Part shown: in pieces, positions 1 to 13,530 of the stretch
Layout of the letters: every line of letters begins with the position of its first letter
How positions within the stretch are numbered: position 1 is the first letter of the stretch
Assembly: GCA_030141605.1 (NCBI GenBank)
Contig: JAQGDQ010000665.1
Coordinates: 52,260-116,259 of the forward strand
Length of the DNA: 64,000 nucleotides
Reading direction: 5' to 3'
Source of the DNA: Tubiluchus corallicola
Taxonomy: Eukaryota; Animalia; Priapulida
Made by a program: the position numbers and the translations under genes
The notes under the pieces: generated by a model
The model's database searches: none
Seen by the model: only the letters and a program-made list of their open reading frames with translations
What the model was told of the DNA's origin: nothing

Positions 1-3000
1 CATCTATCTTGCCAGGGTGTAAACCTAAAACAGATGTCCACACTTTAAAACTGCTTCACTGTGCTTTATTTTAAGTTACTATCGCGAGATCTGCAGAAAA
101 TTATGTAAAAACGATAAGAAAAATGCGTGTACTTATACAAATTAAATAATTTTAAAAATTTGAAACATTTTCCTAATTCTTTTCAACTTTCTAAGTAATT
201 CATTTTATGTTGCTGCTTTGTAGTAATACTGGAACCTAGCTCATTACTAAGCCTTAAACAATAACTTATACAGGACAACGTAGCAATAACTTACATCACA
301 GCAACGTAACAATAACTTACATCACAGCAACGTAACAATAACTTACATCACAGCAACGTAACAATAACGTACATCACAGCAACGTAACAATAACTTACAT
401 CACAACGACGTAACAATAACTTACATCACAGCAACGTAACAATAACGTACATCACAGCAACGTAACAATAACTTACATCACAGCAACGTAACAATAACTT
501 ACATCACAACGACGTAACAATAACTTACATCACAACGACGTAGCAATAACTTATGTCACAACCACGCAGCAATAACTTATAGCACCACAAAGCAGTGATA
601 ACCTACATCACAATAACGTAACGCTAATTTACGTCACAATGACACAGCAATAACTTACGTCACATGGACACAGCAATCATTTATGACAAAACGACATAGC
701 AATAACTTACGTCACAACAATGCAGCAATCATTTATGACAAAATGACATAGCAATAACTTACGTCACAGCAACGTAGCAATAACTTACATCAGAACAACG
801 TAGCAATAACTTACGTCACAATAATGCAACAATAACTTACGTCAGAACAACGTAGCAATAACTTACGTCACAATAATGCAACAATAACTTACGTCACAAC
901 AAAGCAGCGATAACCTACATCACAGTAATGTAACAATAACTTACGTCACAATGACATAGCAATAAGTTAAGTCACGACAACGTACCTGCTTCGCTCCTCA
1001 GAGGTAACCCTCTACTCTGCTTGTAGTTGTCGATTAGCGTCACAACTTTGTAACAATAACTTATGTCACGATGACATAGCAATAAGTTAAGTCACGACAA
1101 CGTAGCAATACCTAACGTCACAACAACATACCTGCTTCGCTCCTCAGAGGTAACCCTCTACTCTGCTCGTAGTTGTCGATTAGTGTCACAACTTTAGTGT
1201 GATGGTTCAACAGTGCTAACGACCGTGCGGTATCACCCAGGACAGTTTTGGCATTGACATCCACCCCCTAGAGAAAGTTACGAACAAACTGAGTTCAATC
1301 ACCACTTCAGGTATAAGACAGACTCAGAATCAGTATACTTTTATTTGGGTTCAACATAATCACTGGATGGTTCGTAATAATATTCAACAAAATTCAGAGA
1401 AGGACAGGATGAAGAACATAAAATGCATATTTTAAGGATGATGTCTTCCTTGTTCATCTCACATGTCAGCTCAATTCTAAACTTCATTTTTTATTTATTT
1501 TATAACGAAAACACCAAACAACAATACAATATAGCAAAACACAAAATGATAACACGGTAGAAATAGTTACATTAATTTCATAATAAAAACGACATGGCAT
1601 GATATCTATACAAACTGTTGCTCGCATTATAGTCAGAAGCATTACTTGTGTGACTATAATGCAATTAATGGTGCTGGTGTTAGGGTGCAAAAAGGGAAGG
1701 TAAAAAATGATGCGAATGATAGTGGAGAGTGCAGGAGGTGGGAAGTAGTAGGATTAGGTTAGTGAAATGATGTGAGTGAGAATGAATATGAGAATGCTAT
1801 TAGGACATCGCAAAAATATAATAATAATATTTATGAACAGAAGTACACTATGGGCCAGTCTGTCGCTTACCGTGAATCTGAACATGTGTCACATACTGTA
1901 CAAGCTTAATCTTTAATATGAATATAAGAATGAATGTTTCAAACTTTTCTCGAATCTTTTTGACACCAATATCAGCATGATATATGCTACCATGCAGCAG
2001 AATAATTGTAGTTTTAGCAGATTGCATTTACTAGACATGCGGAATGCATTAAATATTCTTGTATAAAAATCACTCCATTCTGTCTTCAGTGAACTTGTTT
2101 ACCAGACCTGAATTATTGCATCATTTTTTCGGCAGCTATTTTTTATTGATTTTTTTATACACAGCTAGATAAGCAATAATGCAAAACACATTCCGGATGT
2201 CTGGTAACAGCCACTTGTATGCACAGAATAGCAAATTTATGCCTTGATCACACATTAATAATCAATAACGAGCACCCCTTTCATGTAGTGTCCCCTAATC
2301 ATTGGCCGACTCCAATGTGTCGCCTCAACTATCCAGGGAGCAAATGTACAACCCTGGCAGCTGATTACAGGCAATATGTAATGCTCAAAGCGTAATGTGC
2401 TGGTGATTTCATTCCCAGCCCATCCAAGGTACGCTTTACCTCTAGGAGCAGACAGGGGCATTGAAGAAGTGACATGAATTAGCCAGATCCTTTGCTCAAG
2501 AAATGGTACATGATTATAGGAGCCAAAATAAGAATGGAACAGGCAACTCTTGATTCACAAGTAAAGTACGTAAACCACCGAACTGATTGGCTCGAGTTTA
2601 AAGATATGACAGACAACATGACAGAACGCTAAGTATCCATTGCTGCAAAGTTATTATTCTTTATACGAACACAGAATGGAAAGGCTTATTCACTGTTGGC
2701 TGGACTGGCATCTAGCTAGTTATCAAACATAATCCTCTAACACAAAACAATGGACGGATCAAAACGTCCGGTGCCAAATTCGGATCTCAGTTAGGGATCA
2801 GTACAGTAACCAAAACTGCCGACTGAGCATTGAATCTAATAGTCACCAATGCAAACAAAAACTAGCTTTGGTGTTGCTTAACTTTGCTTCACCATGACCA
2901 CTCGGCTACATCCTAACAAAATTAAATGACAATAATAATAGTGTCTGCTTACACGATGTAGAAAATATTGCACAATAATTTCGTGTCCTTCGGCAGCTGC

Positions 3001-6000
3001 CATGATGAACGGCGTCAAACCTTGATGAGGCTCCCTGTAATTAAGATGCAGGTTACTAAATCCAAACTTCAATAAAAACAATATTAGGAAGCGGAACTAA
3101 CAATTTTGTTACCAATCTTTCACCATAAGTGTGTACTACATCAGAACTGAACTGAAAGGTACAGCGCCCGCCTATTTTCCATGCAATGCATTTCTGAGAT
3201 AAAGGCCTTGCATCCATATATATATATGAACTGAAAGGTACAGCACCTATTTTCCATGCAATGCATTTCTGAGATAAATGCCTTGCATCATATATATCAT
3301 ATATGCATCATATATGGATGCAATGCCTTTATCTCAGAAATGCGTTGCATGGAAAATAGGCGCTGTACCCTTCAGTTCAATTCTATAGAAACTATATATA
3401 AATATAGTTTATTAGTTCCACGTATTACATACATGTTGAACAATATCAAAACTTTATAACAGTATCAAGGCTTAAACAATGTAGATGGGAGCTTAAAAAG
3501 TGAGAATACTTGTGCAAAGTACCAGGAGTCTGCGGAAAAAGAAAAAAAGATAAAAATACTGAAAGTACAGATGTAATGTTTCCTATTAGCAGATTATGTA
3601 TTTTCATATGCAACACCTGGCAATAATTATTTTTCTTGAGGAAATTTAACATTTAATATTTTTTGCTATAATCTTGTGCATAATTTCTTGCAATTATGTT
3701 GTTTATAATTATAACTAGTTCCTAACATAAATGATATGTACATAAGATTAGTAAAACTGGTTTACCTAGACTCATACATGTTTAAGGTTTACACACTCAG
3801 GTGTTCAGATCCGTCTTACGGTGCATTCAGCGCAACTAGCGAGTTTTCTTGTCAAGTTAACATGCCGAGTAACTAGCAAGTGTGTTCAGACATACCGAGT
3901 AACTAGCAAGTGTTCAGACATGTCGAGTAATTAGCAAGTGTGTTCAGACTAAAGAGCAAAACATGATGCAAGTTACTCTCCAACAAAAAGTGAAACCTGA
4001 AACTTATTCCTCTGTTCACTGCGAAAAGTGTCAAGAGTAACTCGTCGAGGCGTTCACACTAGACAGTAAATCAACTCGCAGTAACTGTCAGAGAGCTCGC
4101 AATAACTTGCCAACAGTAACACGCAAAGCAGTTCACAGTTTGCTGTGAGAGAGAGAACTCGCAGCAGAATGTGCCGTCAGACTGGAACATTTTTCTTTCT
4201 CAAGCTACAATTCAACAGCCTAAACGTTTTACATACTGCTCTGCATAAGCAGACAAGTTTATTGTACCTATTACACATACGTACGTACGTATTATGTACA
4301 TATTACACGTATGTACGTATGTATTATGTACGTATTACACGTACGTACGTATGTATTATGTACGTATTACACGTATGTATTATGTATGTATTACACGTAT
4401 GTACGTATGTATTATGTACGTATTACACGTACGTACGTATTATGTACCTATTAGACATACGTATGTACGTATCATGTACGTATTACACATACGTACGTAT
4501 GTATTATGTACGTATTACACATACGTACGTACGTATTACACATACTTACACTGCATCAGTGTTCACTCCGTTGTCCAAGAGAAATTTCACAAAGTTCTGA
4601 TGACCAGAACTGGTAGCATGGAACATGGCCGTCCAGCCTTTCATATCTCGTGCTTCCAAAATAGCACCAGCCTGTAAAATACATAAAACCATTAATTTCA
4701 TTATATAAAATACACAACAATAATTTCCTAGTAAAATACATATAAACATAAATTGAGACTGAGAAGAGGAATGACCAGGCCTCGGCACCATTCTGAACTG
4801 AGGTTGCCAAGCACCAGTGACCAGGGATGTGCAATGCTGATAATTGCACTTTCGGTTAAGTTTCAGTTTCGGCGAAATTTATTAAGTTTCTTAGCCGAAA
4901 CTGCGGATAATTTTTGGTAGCATTTTCTCGAGGTTTTACTAGTATTTATCCAATTTACCTTTTCTTTTCTCCCAGAAGACAAAAGCCGCTGAAAAATCTT
5001 GGCTAAATTAGTTCAAATAAAGCAAAAATTTCGTTTGCATTTTGTGATTTGCTTTTCACAGCAATGAGGTGTATCTTCAGTGATGACGACTGTGAAGTTT
5101 TAATGTCTCCAGGCCCAATCAAACAAAATATCAAACCATGTTTGAATTTACTTGAGCAAAATCACGTTTAATTTTACAATTTATGAAATATAAGCAACAA
5201 AATATCTACAAAATAAAATCTCTTTGTTTTAATGAAGCATTATGTTCTTTAAATGTTGATCATCAAAGATACTTAAATCCAGAAACATTATAACACATGT
5301 TCTGAGATAAGCCACTCCATCAAATTTGAGGTTCTATACTATAAAACTTCCTTCTCCTTTTTGTATCGGATTTTTTTATCTCTAATTTTACACCACTGCA
5401 AAAAAAGCAAACAAACAAAAACAAAATATTTGCCTAATTTTAGAATTTTTTTCAGTTTTAATAGTCCTCAGTTTTGCAAAAATTTTTCGGTATCGATTTC
5501 CTATGTTTCACAAATTTCGGTTTCGGTTTGCAAATTCAGTTTCGGTAACATCCCTGCCCGTGACCACTCGGCTATTTCTCGAAGTCCTTTCCTCGAAAAC
5601 GTAAACAACTACGTTACCTGCAGCAAAAAATATCCGACACTTTCATTACCACAGCTGGCAGCCAGCATCAACGGCGTGCAACCTTTATCATTCTTCATGT
5701 TGACGTCAACTCCGGCGTCTAAGAGAAGATTAACCACGTTGTCATGCCCGATGTAACAAGCGTACATCAATGCCGTCCATCCGCCCTTATTCTTTCTATT
5801 GAGACCAGCTGCAGACCTAAATACAGAAGAGGCAAATTGTTGTGTTTTGTTTCTCTCGGAAGGCTCGTAGAGAAAACCGGAAAACACTCCGTCAAATTAA
5901 ACTAGTTTATTAAGCGAGAATTCTACAACACAAAAGTATGAAGGAACGTGAAATGTTTACACTAAACGTGAAAATCTGGAAAACGTTTGAATGTATCTGA

Positions 6001-6490
6001 AAATACAAGGATACAAGAGAATGTGTAAGTGGCATCCGTGCGAAATCTGCGTGTCTTGTAAGCGGCCTGCTTCGCCTTATTTAGGGTGCCCGAGAAACTT
6101 CCAGAAGTTTTGTTCCAGAATATTCTAGGTAATGTAGTTTACAATATCTTAGAGCATTCTTTATTCTGCACCAATGTTTACACAACCATCCAGTTTTCCT
6201 TTGATCAATCACACAAACCTGATCATCAAAAACACCTATTCAAAACAAACAAGCTAATTTATGTAGTGATGCACACACATTAAATGCAAGTAATGAAACT
6301 CTTACTTGGCAAGTTGGCCATTTACAACGTCGTAACTGCCCAGGCTAGCAGCAGTGTGCAGATCGAAAGAAATCGGATCAAAATTCTCCGCCTCCACATA
6401 GCAGGGTCCTTTCCATACAGATAAACTTCGATCCAGTAACTCTGACTCGCTAGCTTCATCAGATGCTTCATATAAATAATCGTTGAACAT
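1..6490 (-). CDS. ANKS3: Ankyrin repeat and SAM domain-containing protein 3, 5' part (continues beyond left edge)
   Basis: Exons 6306-6490, 5618-5816, 4550-4671, 2953-3034, 1132-1267 and probably 1-24 (truncated); all GT-AG with matching phases. The translation (SDEASESELLDRSLSVW..DLHTAASLG..NKGGWTALMYACYIGHD..TPLMLAASCGNES..GWTAMFHATSSGHQ..TPFIMAAAEGHEIIVQYFL..GVDVNAKTVLGDTARSLA) follows the recalled N-terminus of human ANKS3. Confidence 0.93.
255..1130. repeat. 26-bp minisatellite (GCAACGTAACAATAACTTACATCACA) in ANKS3 intron
   Basis: Directly visible tandem units that abut the donor site at 1131; interrupted by a copied exon fragment at 984-1049. Confidence 0.95.
3148..3379. repeat. Direct plus inverted triplication of a ~70-bp unit (fold-back)
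   Basis: GAACTGAAAGGTACAGC..GCCTTGCATC occurs at ~3149 and ~3228, and inverted at ~3316-3379, with (AT)n spacers. Confidence 0.85.
4262..4545. repeat. Minisatellite of ~24-32 bp (GTATTATGTACGTATTACACATACGTAC)
   Basis: Tandem TACGTA-rich units starting right at the ANKS3 donor site (4549). Confidence 0.93.
4822..5556. mobile_element. hAT-type MITE (CAGGGATGT..ACATCCCTG)
   Basis: TIRs, with an 8-bp TSD ccagtgac/cccgtgac. Related sequence lies at ~19490-19775, ~25080-25451 (inverted) and ~47039-47612. Confidence 0.8.
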
Positions 6491-8948
6491 CGTCTCTTAC
6501 ACTCTCTACGGCGTTCTCATATCAATGTTGTACCTTTAAAGTGGAAACTTTGGGTTGGGGTAATTTGATCGTCTTTATTTGATATTAATTTAAGACCTAG
6601 ATGCAAGAGCTATCTATCAGATGACAGAAAAAAACCAAGATTCCACGTTTAAATCAACGATAACTTAGACAAGAGAGTCAGAAAGTAAACCTGGAAACAT
6701 ATAGAAAAATAATATGCAGGGATTTACCTATTTGTGCCGTCGCTCGCACGTATGTTGTTTCGTTTATTATCACGGTATTACTTTCCATAATTTAAATTAC
6801 TCTAGTGAGGCATAAAGTCAATAAAAGCAAAATTTTTCCTGACATTTACCCTTTCTATTTCCCAATTTCACTCTAGTTTTCGTTTGTTTCTTTAAATTCT
6901 TTATACACAGTTCTCTTTTTGCTATATGAAAAACTGTTTATAATTCTACTCACAAAACCGAATAAATAAGTCTTTCGCCGTCCATGATGAAACAACCGCA
7001 CAACAGAAATTCGCGCAGCGACCGCGCTCTTTCACTTTTTCGAAATTTTTGTTGAGCATGGTGCACTTTCTGTGCTTTTAGGTCCTTTGCAAATGATTTG
7101 TAAAAAATGACCTAATAACGAAAACTGTCATTATATGATTTCTTTGTATATTCACTTGTTCCAAATTAATGTTATTATTAAAAACAAGATTAAAAATTTA
7201 CAATAGTACATTTTAAATGAGAACCAAAAGACCTGCTAACATACAATCAAGTTGCAGTAATTAGTAACGATACAAAAGTTGCACAGGCTTTAAATGATGT
7301 GCATTATTCGTTACTTTTAAGGGGTGTTGTTTAGTTTATGCCAGACAGTTTAGAGTTTGATACAGCGGGCCTTGTCATACCAAAGACTTTAAAAATAGTT
7401 CCTGATGTTGCCCTGCCTGGGTATTTAAGGTAAAAGTGGGGTAAAAATAGTATCTGTTATGTAATTGTAGATTGTTGTTCACAGTCGGCCCAAAAGTTCT
7501 TTGAGTAAAGAGAATGTTTAATTGATTTATAATTAATACTCAATCTATTAGCACATTCATTGAAACACGACTCTCAGTTCTCAGAATGCAGATGGCAGAA
7601 TATTGATGAAGCCCAGTTGCTAGGTAGAACTTGCCAAGATTACATGCCTAAATAAGGGTGACACAGTTTGATGTGCAGAGACCTACTGCGCATCCATAGG
7701 GTTAACAAAACCAGCCGTACTCTGAGCCGGCATCTGAGAGAGGGTTACAGTCTTGATCACTCAACACTAGGTTGTATCTGCAATGTTTATTTTGATTATA
7801 TATATTTAATGATTGTAGAATTTTATAAATTGAAACGTTACGCTTTTGGCATACCTTCTTGGCTATTCAAGCGTATACGAATGCACCACCTTAAGCAGTA
7901 ATCAACAGCAGCTATAGACAGTTCATAGAGCAACTACAAACTTTACTTTACTCTTTGTGGCTTATATTAATTGTCCATCAAAAAAGCTTACTTTAAATAA
8001 CGATTATTATTACAGTATTACATAAGATCACAAAATTTTTTAAAACTTGCTAGCCAAATGCTAAACAAAATTAAAGCTTTCTAAAATAACATATCTACAG
8101 TAAGCATTGTTTTGCCTTGCATTACTATTTTTATCAGAGAGTGGAAAAATTGGTTTAACCACCTCCGTTGCAACACTTTAATCCGTATAATTATACTTCA
8201 TTTGAACCCATGATAAGAACATTATGGACGTATACACACAATCAGCATGTCAGCTTTTCAAGATGCCAGCTTGTTTAATAATTGTTTTAAGCAATCTGTT
8301 TCAATGTTGTTTTTATTCAATTTTATTAGGTATTTTTTCTTAAAATCATTATGGCGTCATTAAAGTCTTATGGTGTCATTAAATTGTATTTTGTCCGAGT
8401 TTTTGTTTATTACTGGATTTGCTTGTAACCTTCAAATGAAATAATGGATCACTGATCTTAGTTTTAGTGTCTTTAATGATATTTTTAAATAAAGTGATTT
8501 TTGTATACCTTAATGATATTTTTAAATAAAGTGATTTTTGTATACCTTAAACAGATACTTTCTTGTTGCGCCAGAGAATGTCAGACGTTTGAAGGTGAGA
8601 CATACATGGAACTGCATCCTGATCAAAAGAGATACTCTTCTTTTAAACATGAAAATCCTACATAGACTATATCGAGTTATCTTTTTAGACTGAGGTACCC
8701 ACAAAAAACTGTGGCACCTTTATTTAGTTGCACTATCTAGAAAGAAAAGTTGCCACAAAAATATGCAGCCACTTTTTTGTAATGTGCAAGCATAAAACAC
8801 CATAACGTACGTACTCAAAGCTTGAGTCTGACAAAATAAACTATATTTAGATATGTATTGGCATAACACTAGTTTACAATAATTACAAATTTACAATTTC
8901 TGGCATTTTTTTTATAATGTTAGACTGTATGTTTGACTGTGAATTATT

Positions 8949-11759
8949 TTACAGCACCTTGAATTTGTTTTTGTACTTCTTTGGATTGAGCCCATAAGCT
9001 TTTAATCGGTCAGCTGTCATCACTTTTTCAAATGATTTCTTTTTAACTTTTCGTTTTGTTCGTTTGTTTTTTGGCTGAAAGTTGCTATCTTGACCCAGAC
9101 CATCATTCTTAGACACATCATCATTCGGCTTTGACAACCGAGCCATTTTACAAACTGATTCTGCCCTTTCAGTTCTTGTTTCTTTGGAACTGCCTGCTTT
9201 CAACGGCTCATCATTACCATGTGCAAATGATACATCATCACTGCCATGAGCAGAACTGTCAAAACCACCTGCTTTCTTCTTTCGCCGTCTTCTTTTTCTC
9301 GGAACATCCGGGTTTTCGGTCTCCTCAGAGTGATATAAACTAGGCAATATTCTAGATCTTTTCTGCTCATTCTGTGCTTTTTTGGAGAAAGCCTGCAAAT
9401 CGTATCGCTCCTCATCCTCTGTTCGATATTGACATGTTTTCTTTACGGATGCCCAAGCGTTTAGTTCTTTGTCCTTTGCATTTAAAACGTCGCTTACCGA
9501 AAGTCCAAAATCATTAGGTAAGACATCTCTATATTTGAAACGGCAAGGCTGATCTCCAATCACATCTTCAAAGTCTAGCCGGTAAAACTCGTTAAAGTAC
9601 TCGTCAAAAGATTTTGTTTGTGGATTGAAGAGGGGTTTTGATTTTTTTACTGCCTCCATAAACTTTGACGACTTTTGCGAGTCCTTCTTCATAATATGTT
9701 GTGAAATGTCATCTTGCCATGATGTTCTCTGTGTGTCACTAATTGTACTGATGCTAGCAGCTGCCTCATCTTCATCGTCTTCGCTGCCTCTTGCCTCATG
9801 CAGGTTTTCATCAGATTTTATGCTAACATTCCAATTATCCCAGTTAACTTCATCGTCATCCTCATCAGGGAAAACAGGTTTAGTGTCAGCTTCCTCTACA
9901 TCATAAAAATCCTCATTGAAAATCTTTTTCATCATCTCATCATGATACGCAGGGTCAAAGTCATTATCTAGGTCTTTTTCGGTTACGGCAAGTTCTTCAG
10001 CACCAATCACTTTTTTTAATTTGTCCATCTTCTCCAGAATTTCATTTTTCTTCAGTAATTTAAGCTGCTTTAACTCTTCTTTCACTTTGTCTTTTTCTTT
10101 TGCTTTTCTAACTTTTCTTTCTTTTCGCTTTTCGCCACGTTGGTCTTGTTTGCGACGCAATGAATCTTTTGTTGTTCTCGGAAATGTCTTGATAAATTCC
10201 GAATCAGGTTCCTCAAACCGAAAGTTATACTTATGTTCAAACTGCTCTTGCTTTTCTACTGCTGCTTCGTCATCAGACAAATCTGGCTCATCGGCTACTA
10301 TTTCTTCATACGTCGGTAATTCGTCATCGCTATGTTCAACGTAACGCTTGTTTAATAAAAAATCCTTCAAAAAAGCTTCGCCTTCATCGAGGTCAGGCTT
10401 ATTCCAATATTCTTTCAAGTACTGCAAGTCTGTTCCCATTTCTTTATCACTCATTTCCTGTTTTGCACCTTTTAACCACTGTCTATAATCGTCTTCTTCT
10501 TTTTTGAGTTCTGCTTTTGACTTATGTCTGACAGATAACAGATCTTCACCACCATCTTCGTCATCAGACTCCATAACAGCAGCAAAGCTTTTCTTTATTG
10601 CAGCTTGTTCCTCTACATAACTTGGAGACTCTGGACGAGTATTACTAACAGTAGACTCACATTCACTGTCGCTCGACCAGCCTTCATTTTCTATAATTGC
10701 TTTTCTTTCATAATCTTTGATGTATATGGGTCTTTCTGTGCTTTTATGTACTTTAGATTTATTACTGTCTTCATCTTCACTGGAATGACTGCTGAAAAAC
10801 TTTTCATTTTTATCGTACACTTTCGGGTCCTTGCTTTTTAGCATCGACAGAGCTCGGAAAAAATCTTTTTCCACTTGTGGAGTTAGAGCTTCCGCATCAT
10901 CATCTTCGTCTTCAGAGTCCGACTCATCACTTTCGTTATCGACCTGTAAAGAATATCGCTAAGTGAAAGATTAAGAAAGTACAGCGAATTACTTATATAT
11001 ATTTCATCTAGAAGTCATAAATTAAGGACGTTCATTCCATAACATTATGAACATTCTTTAAACGTATTCATGTGCATTGTTTAATTCTTCATATAAAAAA
11101 TAACAAAAACCTTTGATCAAGTTCTGTGATTGATTAGCTTAACTTTGGATTTGTTTTCGTACTTTGTGGGATAAGCTTTTCTCTCTTGAGAAGCAGATAC
11201 ACATTTGCTGAAAATTTTGCTCAATTCTCCATATCTCCATAATTTAAGTTTATCAAGAATGTTCACACAATGGCGCCTACTGAACGAAGTAGATATTAGC
11301 ACTTGGAGGATATAACTAAGGAAAAGGATATGTCGTGTAATGATATAAGATTTAAACATTGTTGCCCGTGTGGTCTAAAACTGGAAGAAAAATATATTGA
11401 GAGAGAGACGGAAAGGGAAGATGAGAAAAAAGTTAATGGTACTCAACCAGGTCGACAGTGATTGTTGTTGCTGTCAAGCAATAAATGGTAGTCCCTTGTG
11501 GCAAGCTACTCTGAGATAAAAGCGTCAGAAACACTGAACCTGAACAGAAGGGACGACGACTATGTATTCTTACCACTTCTCCATATTTATCTTTCAATTT
11601 CTGCAACTCTTCTTTTCCACGCCATTTATCATAACTATTAGCATATAACTGGTTGATCCTAAACTCAAGTTTTGGTGACTCTCTGTCAGAGTCAGAATCT
11701 GATTCAAGCAAATCTTTGGGCATTTTGACTAAATTTACATTACAGCTGCGTGTCGCCAT
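8949..11759 (-). CDS. KRI1: Protein KRI1 homolog (40S ribosome biogenesis)
   Basis: Two exons, 11574-11759 (alternative ATG at 11723) and 8949-10943, with a phase-0 GTAAGA..TTTACAG intron. Kri1 motifs present: KEELQKLKDKYG, EKDFFRALSMLKSKDPKVY, FEHKYNFRFEEPD, YRLDFEDVIGDQPCRFKYRDV..FGLS..LNAWASVKK, RLKAYGL. Confidence 0.95.
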
Positions 11760-12020
11760 GTTTACTTCGCCCAAGTTTGTCGCGTTACAAGGCGCATTTA
11801 AAAATCTTCAAGCCTAGAGCTCTTTCCACGACTGCGCTTGTATTTGTAAGCATCGCTAGTCCACCATGCGCGCAGCGGTTACCATCAAGTATTAATGTGT
11901 CACTGAAATAAGTGTGCTGTCACTTTGGAAAATACCGAGAATGCACACAACTCCGTCGATTGCGCAGTGTAAGGGTTTCGCAAAACCAATGGCCTACCGA
12001 CGTTATAACACAATAGGAGC
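11740..12020. promoter_or_regulatory. Probable bidirectional promoter region between KRI1 and TP53BP1
   Basis: Locally CpG-enriched stretch just upstream of the KRI1 ATG, between divergent genes. A YY1-like AACATGGCG on the - strand overlaps the ATG at 11759. The TSS cannot be determined from sequence. Confidence 0.45.
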
Positions 12021-12145
12021 GTGAAGTGTTAATAACTATTAGCAAGAGTAGTTAATTATTAGAAATATTTGCAAGTGTTTTTTACGTAATAATTTTTTTT
12101 TAGAAATTGGAAGCCATGCAGTGCATGCATTGCATGTATGGACTG

Positions 12146-12570
12146 TAGGGGTGAGCACTGAACGTTCGAATCGAATTCAGACGCTCGAATTCGATTCGAA
12201 CAATGTTTTTTAGTTCGAACTCGATTCGAATCCAAAGCTATAGATTCGAATAATTCAGCACTTTAATCACAAATGTTCTTTATCACTAAAACGATTGAAA
12301 CATCATGCAATTAGCATAATTTAGCTGTGATTTCTGCGCACACCCTTAAAGAAATTACTAGTCGTTTTATTGCAGAGCAAAATCTACTGATATGCATGAT
12401 CTTTGTAAGACTAATTTTTGCTGGTGGTTCGAAAATGTGTTCGAATATCTTGCAATCTCAATTCGAATTCGGTTCGAAATCGAAACAATGAAGTCCGTGC
12501 AATTCGAATTTCAAAGTCACAAATTCGGTTCGATTCGAATTCGCTTTCAGGTAGAGAATACTTACCCTTA
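12146..12570. mobile_element. hAT-type MITE with TTCGAA-rich subtermini (TAGGGGTGAG family), copy 1
   Basis: TIR TAGGGGTGAG..CTTACCCTTA; degenerate TSD atggactg/acagactg. Confidence 0.8.
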
Positions 12571-12603
12571 ACAGACTGCACACCACTGGCGAGTACTTAC
12601 TGT

Positions 12604-12974
12604 TAGGGGTGAGCATCGAACATTCGAGTTCGAACGTTTGAATCGAATTAGGACGAGTTTTTTCATCTCGAACTCGATTCGAACCTAAAACTATGGATTT
12701 GAATAATTCAGCACTTCAGTCACCTATGTTCGTTATTATTAAGACGATTGAAACATCATGCAATTAGCATAATTTAGCTGGGATTTCTGTGCATAATTTT
12801 AAAGAAATTACTAGTCGTTTTGTTGCAGAATAAAATCGAGTAATATGCATGATCTCGAAAATCTTTCAGTCTCAATTCGAACTCGACACACTGAAGTTTA
12901 TTTCGATTCGAATTTGAAAGTCACAAATTCGATTCGATTCGAATTCGCTTTCTGGTAGAGAATTCTCACCCCTA
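12604..12974. mobile_element. hAT-type MITE (TAGGGGTGAG family), copy 2
   Basis: TIR TAGGGGTGAG..CTCACCCCTA with a perfect 8-bp TSD, CTTACTGT. Confidence 0.88.
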
Positions 12975-13530
12975 CTTACTGTATCAAGTTCATGCATATA
13001 TTATAATAATTATGTTTCTCATCATAAACTGTGTTAGGACAATAGAATTAAAATAGTAAAAACTGTTAAAACAATGTATGAAATATAACTTGCTTAATGT
13101 AACAAAATAACTTTTTATGAAAAGTTATGATGTTTCCCTGCGGCTTGTATCCTAGCTTACATCCTTTCTCGGGAAGAACGGGGGGTGGAGGGAGACATGT
13201 AAAAGAAAACCACTTAAGTAAAAACTTGTGAGTGCTGGATGACGCCCGTTTTGTAATCCGGCGCATTAATTCCGCCGCCAAGACAAATCCGTGAAATTGT
13301 TATTGATAGTTGGACATTTTTAAATTTAATGCTATTTTTAAAGTCTCTCCAATGAAATCTGGCAATTTTACAATTTTTAAACAAAGCACAATAATTAGTT
13401 TGAACGGTTTTAGATGACCCACCATATTTTATTTTTCAAACTGTTTCTGAGGGAAAGCCAAGAAGTGAAGTCTCGACTGCAAACCTAGCTGTAAATTTCG
13501 TAAACTGACTGTAAAGACAACCTTGCATAG

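Noticed and set aside
4145-4677. Tyr/Val-rich plus-strand ORFs
   Set aside because: Translations of an intronic minisatellite, antisense to ANKS3.
9131-10841. Overlapping ORFs within KRI1 (likewise 37565-38648 within 53BP1)
   Set aside because: Alternative-frame or antisense shadows of low-complexity coding exons.
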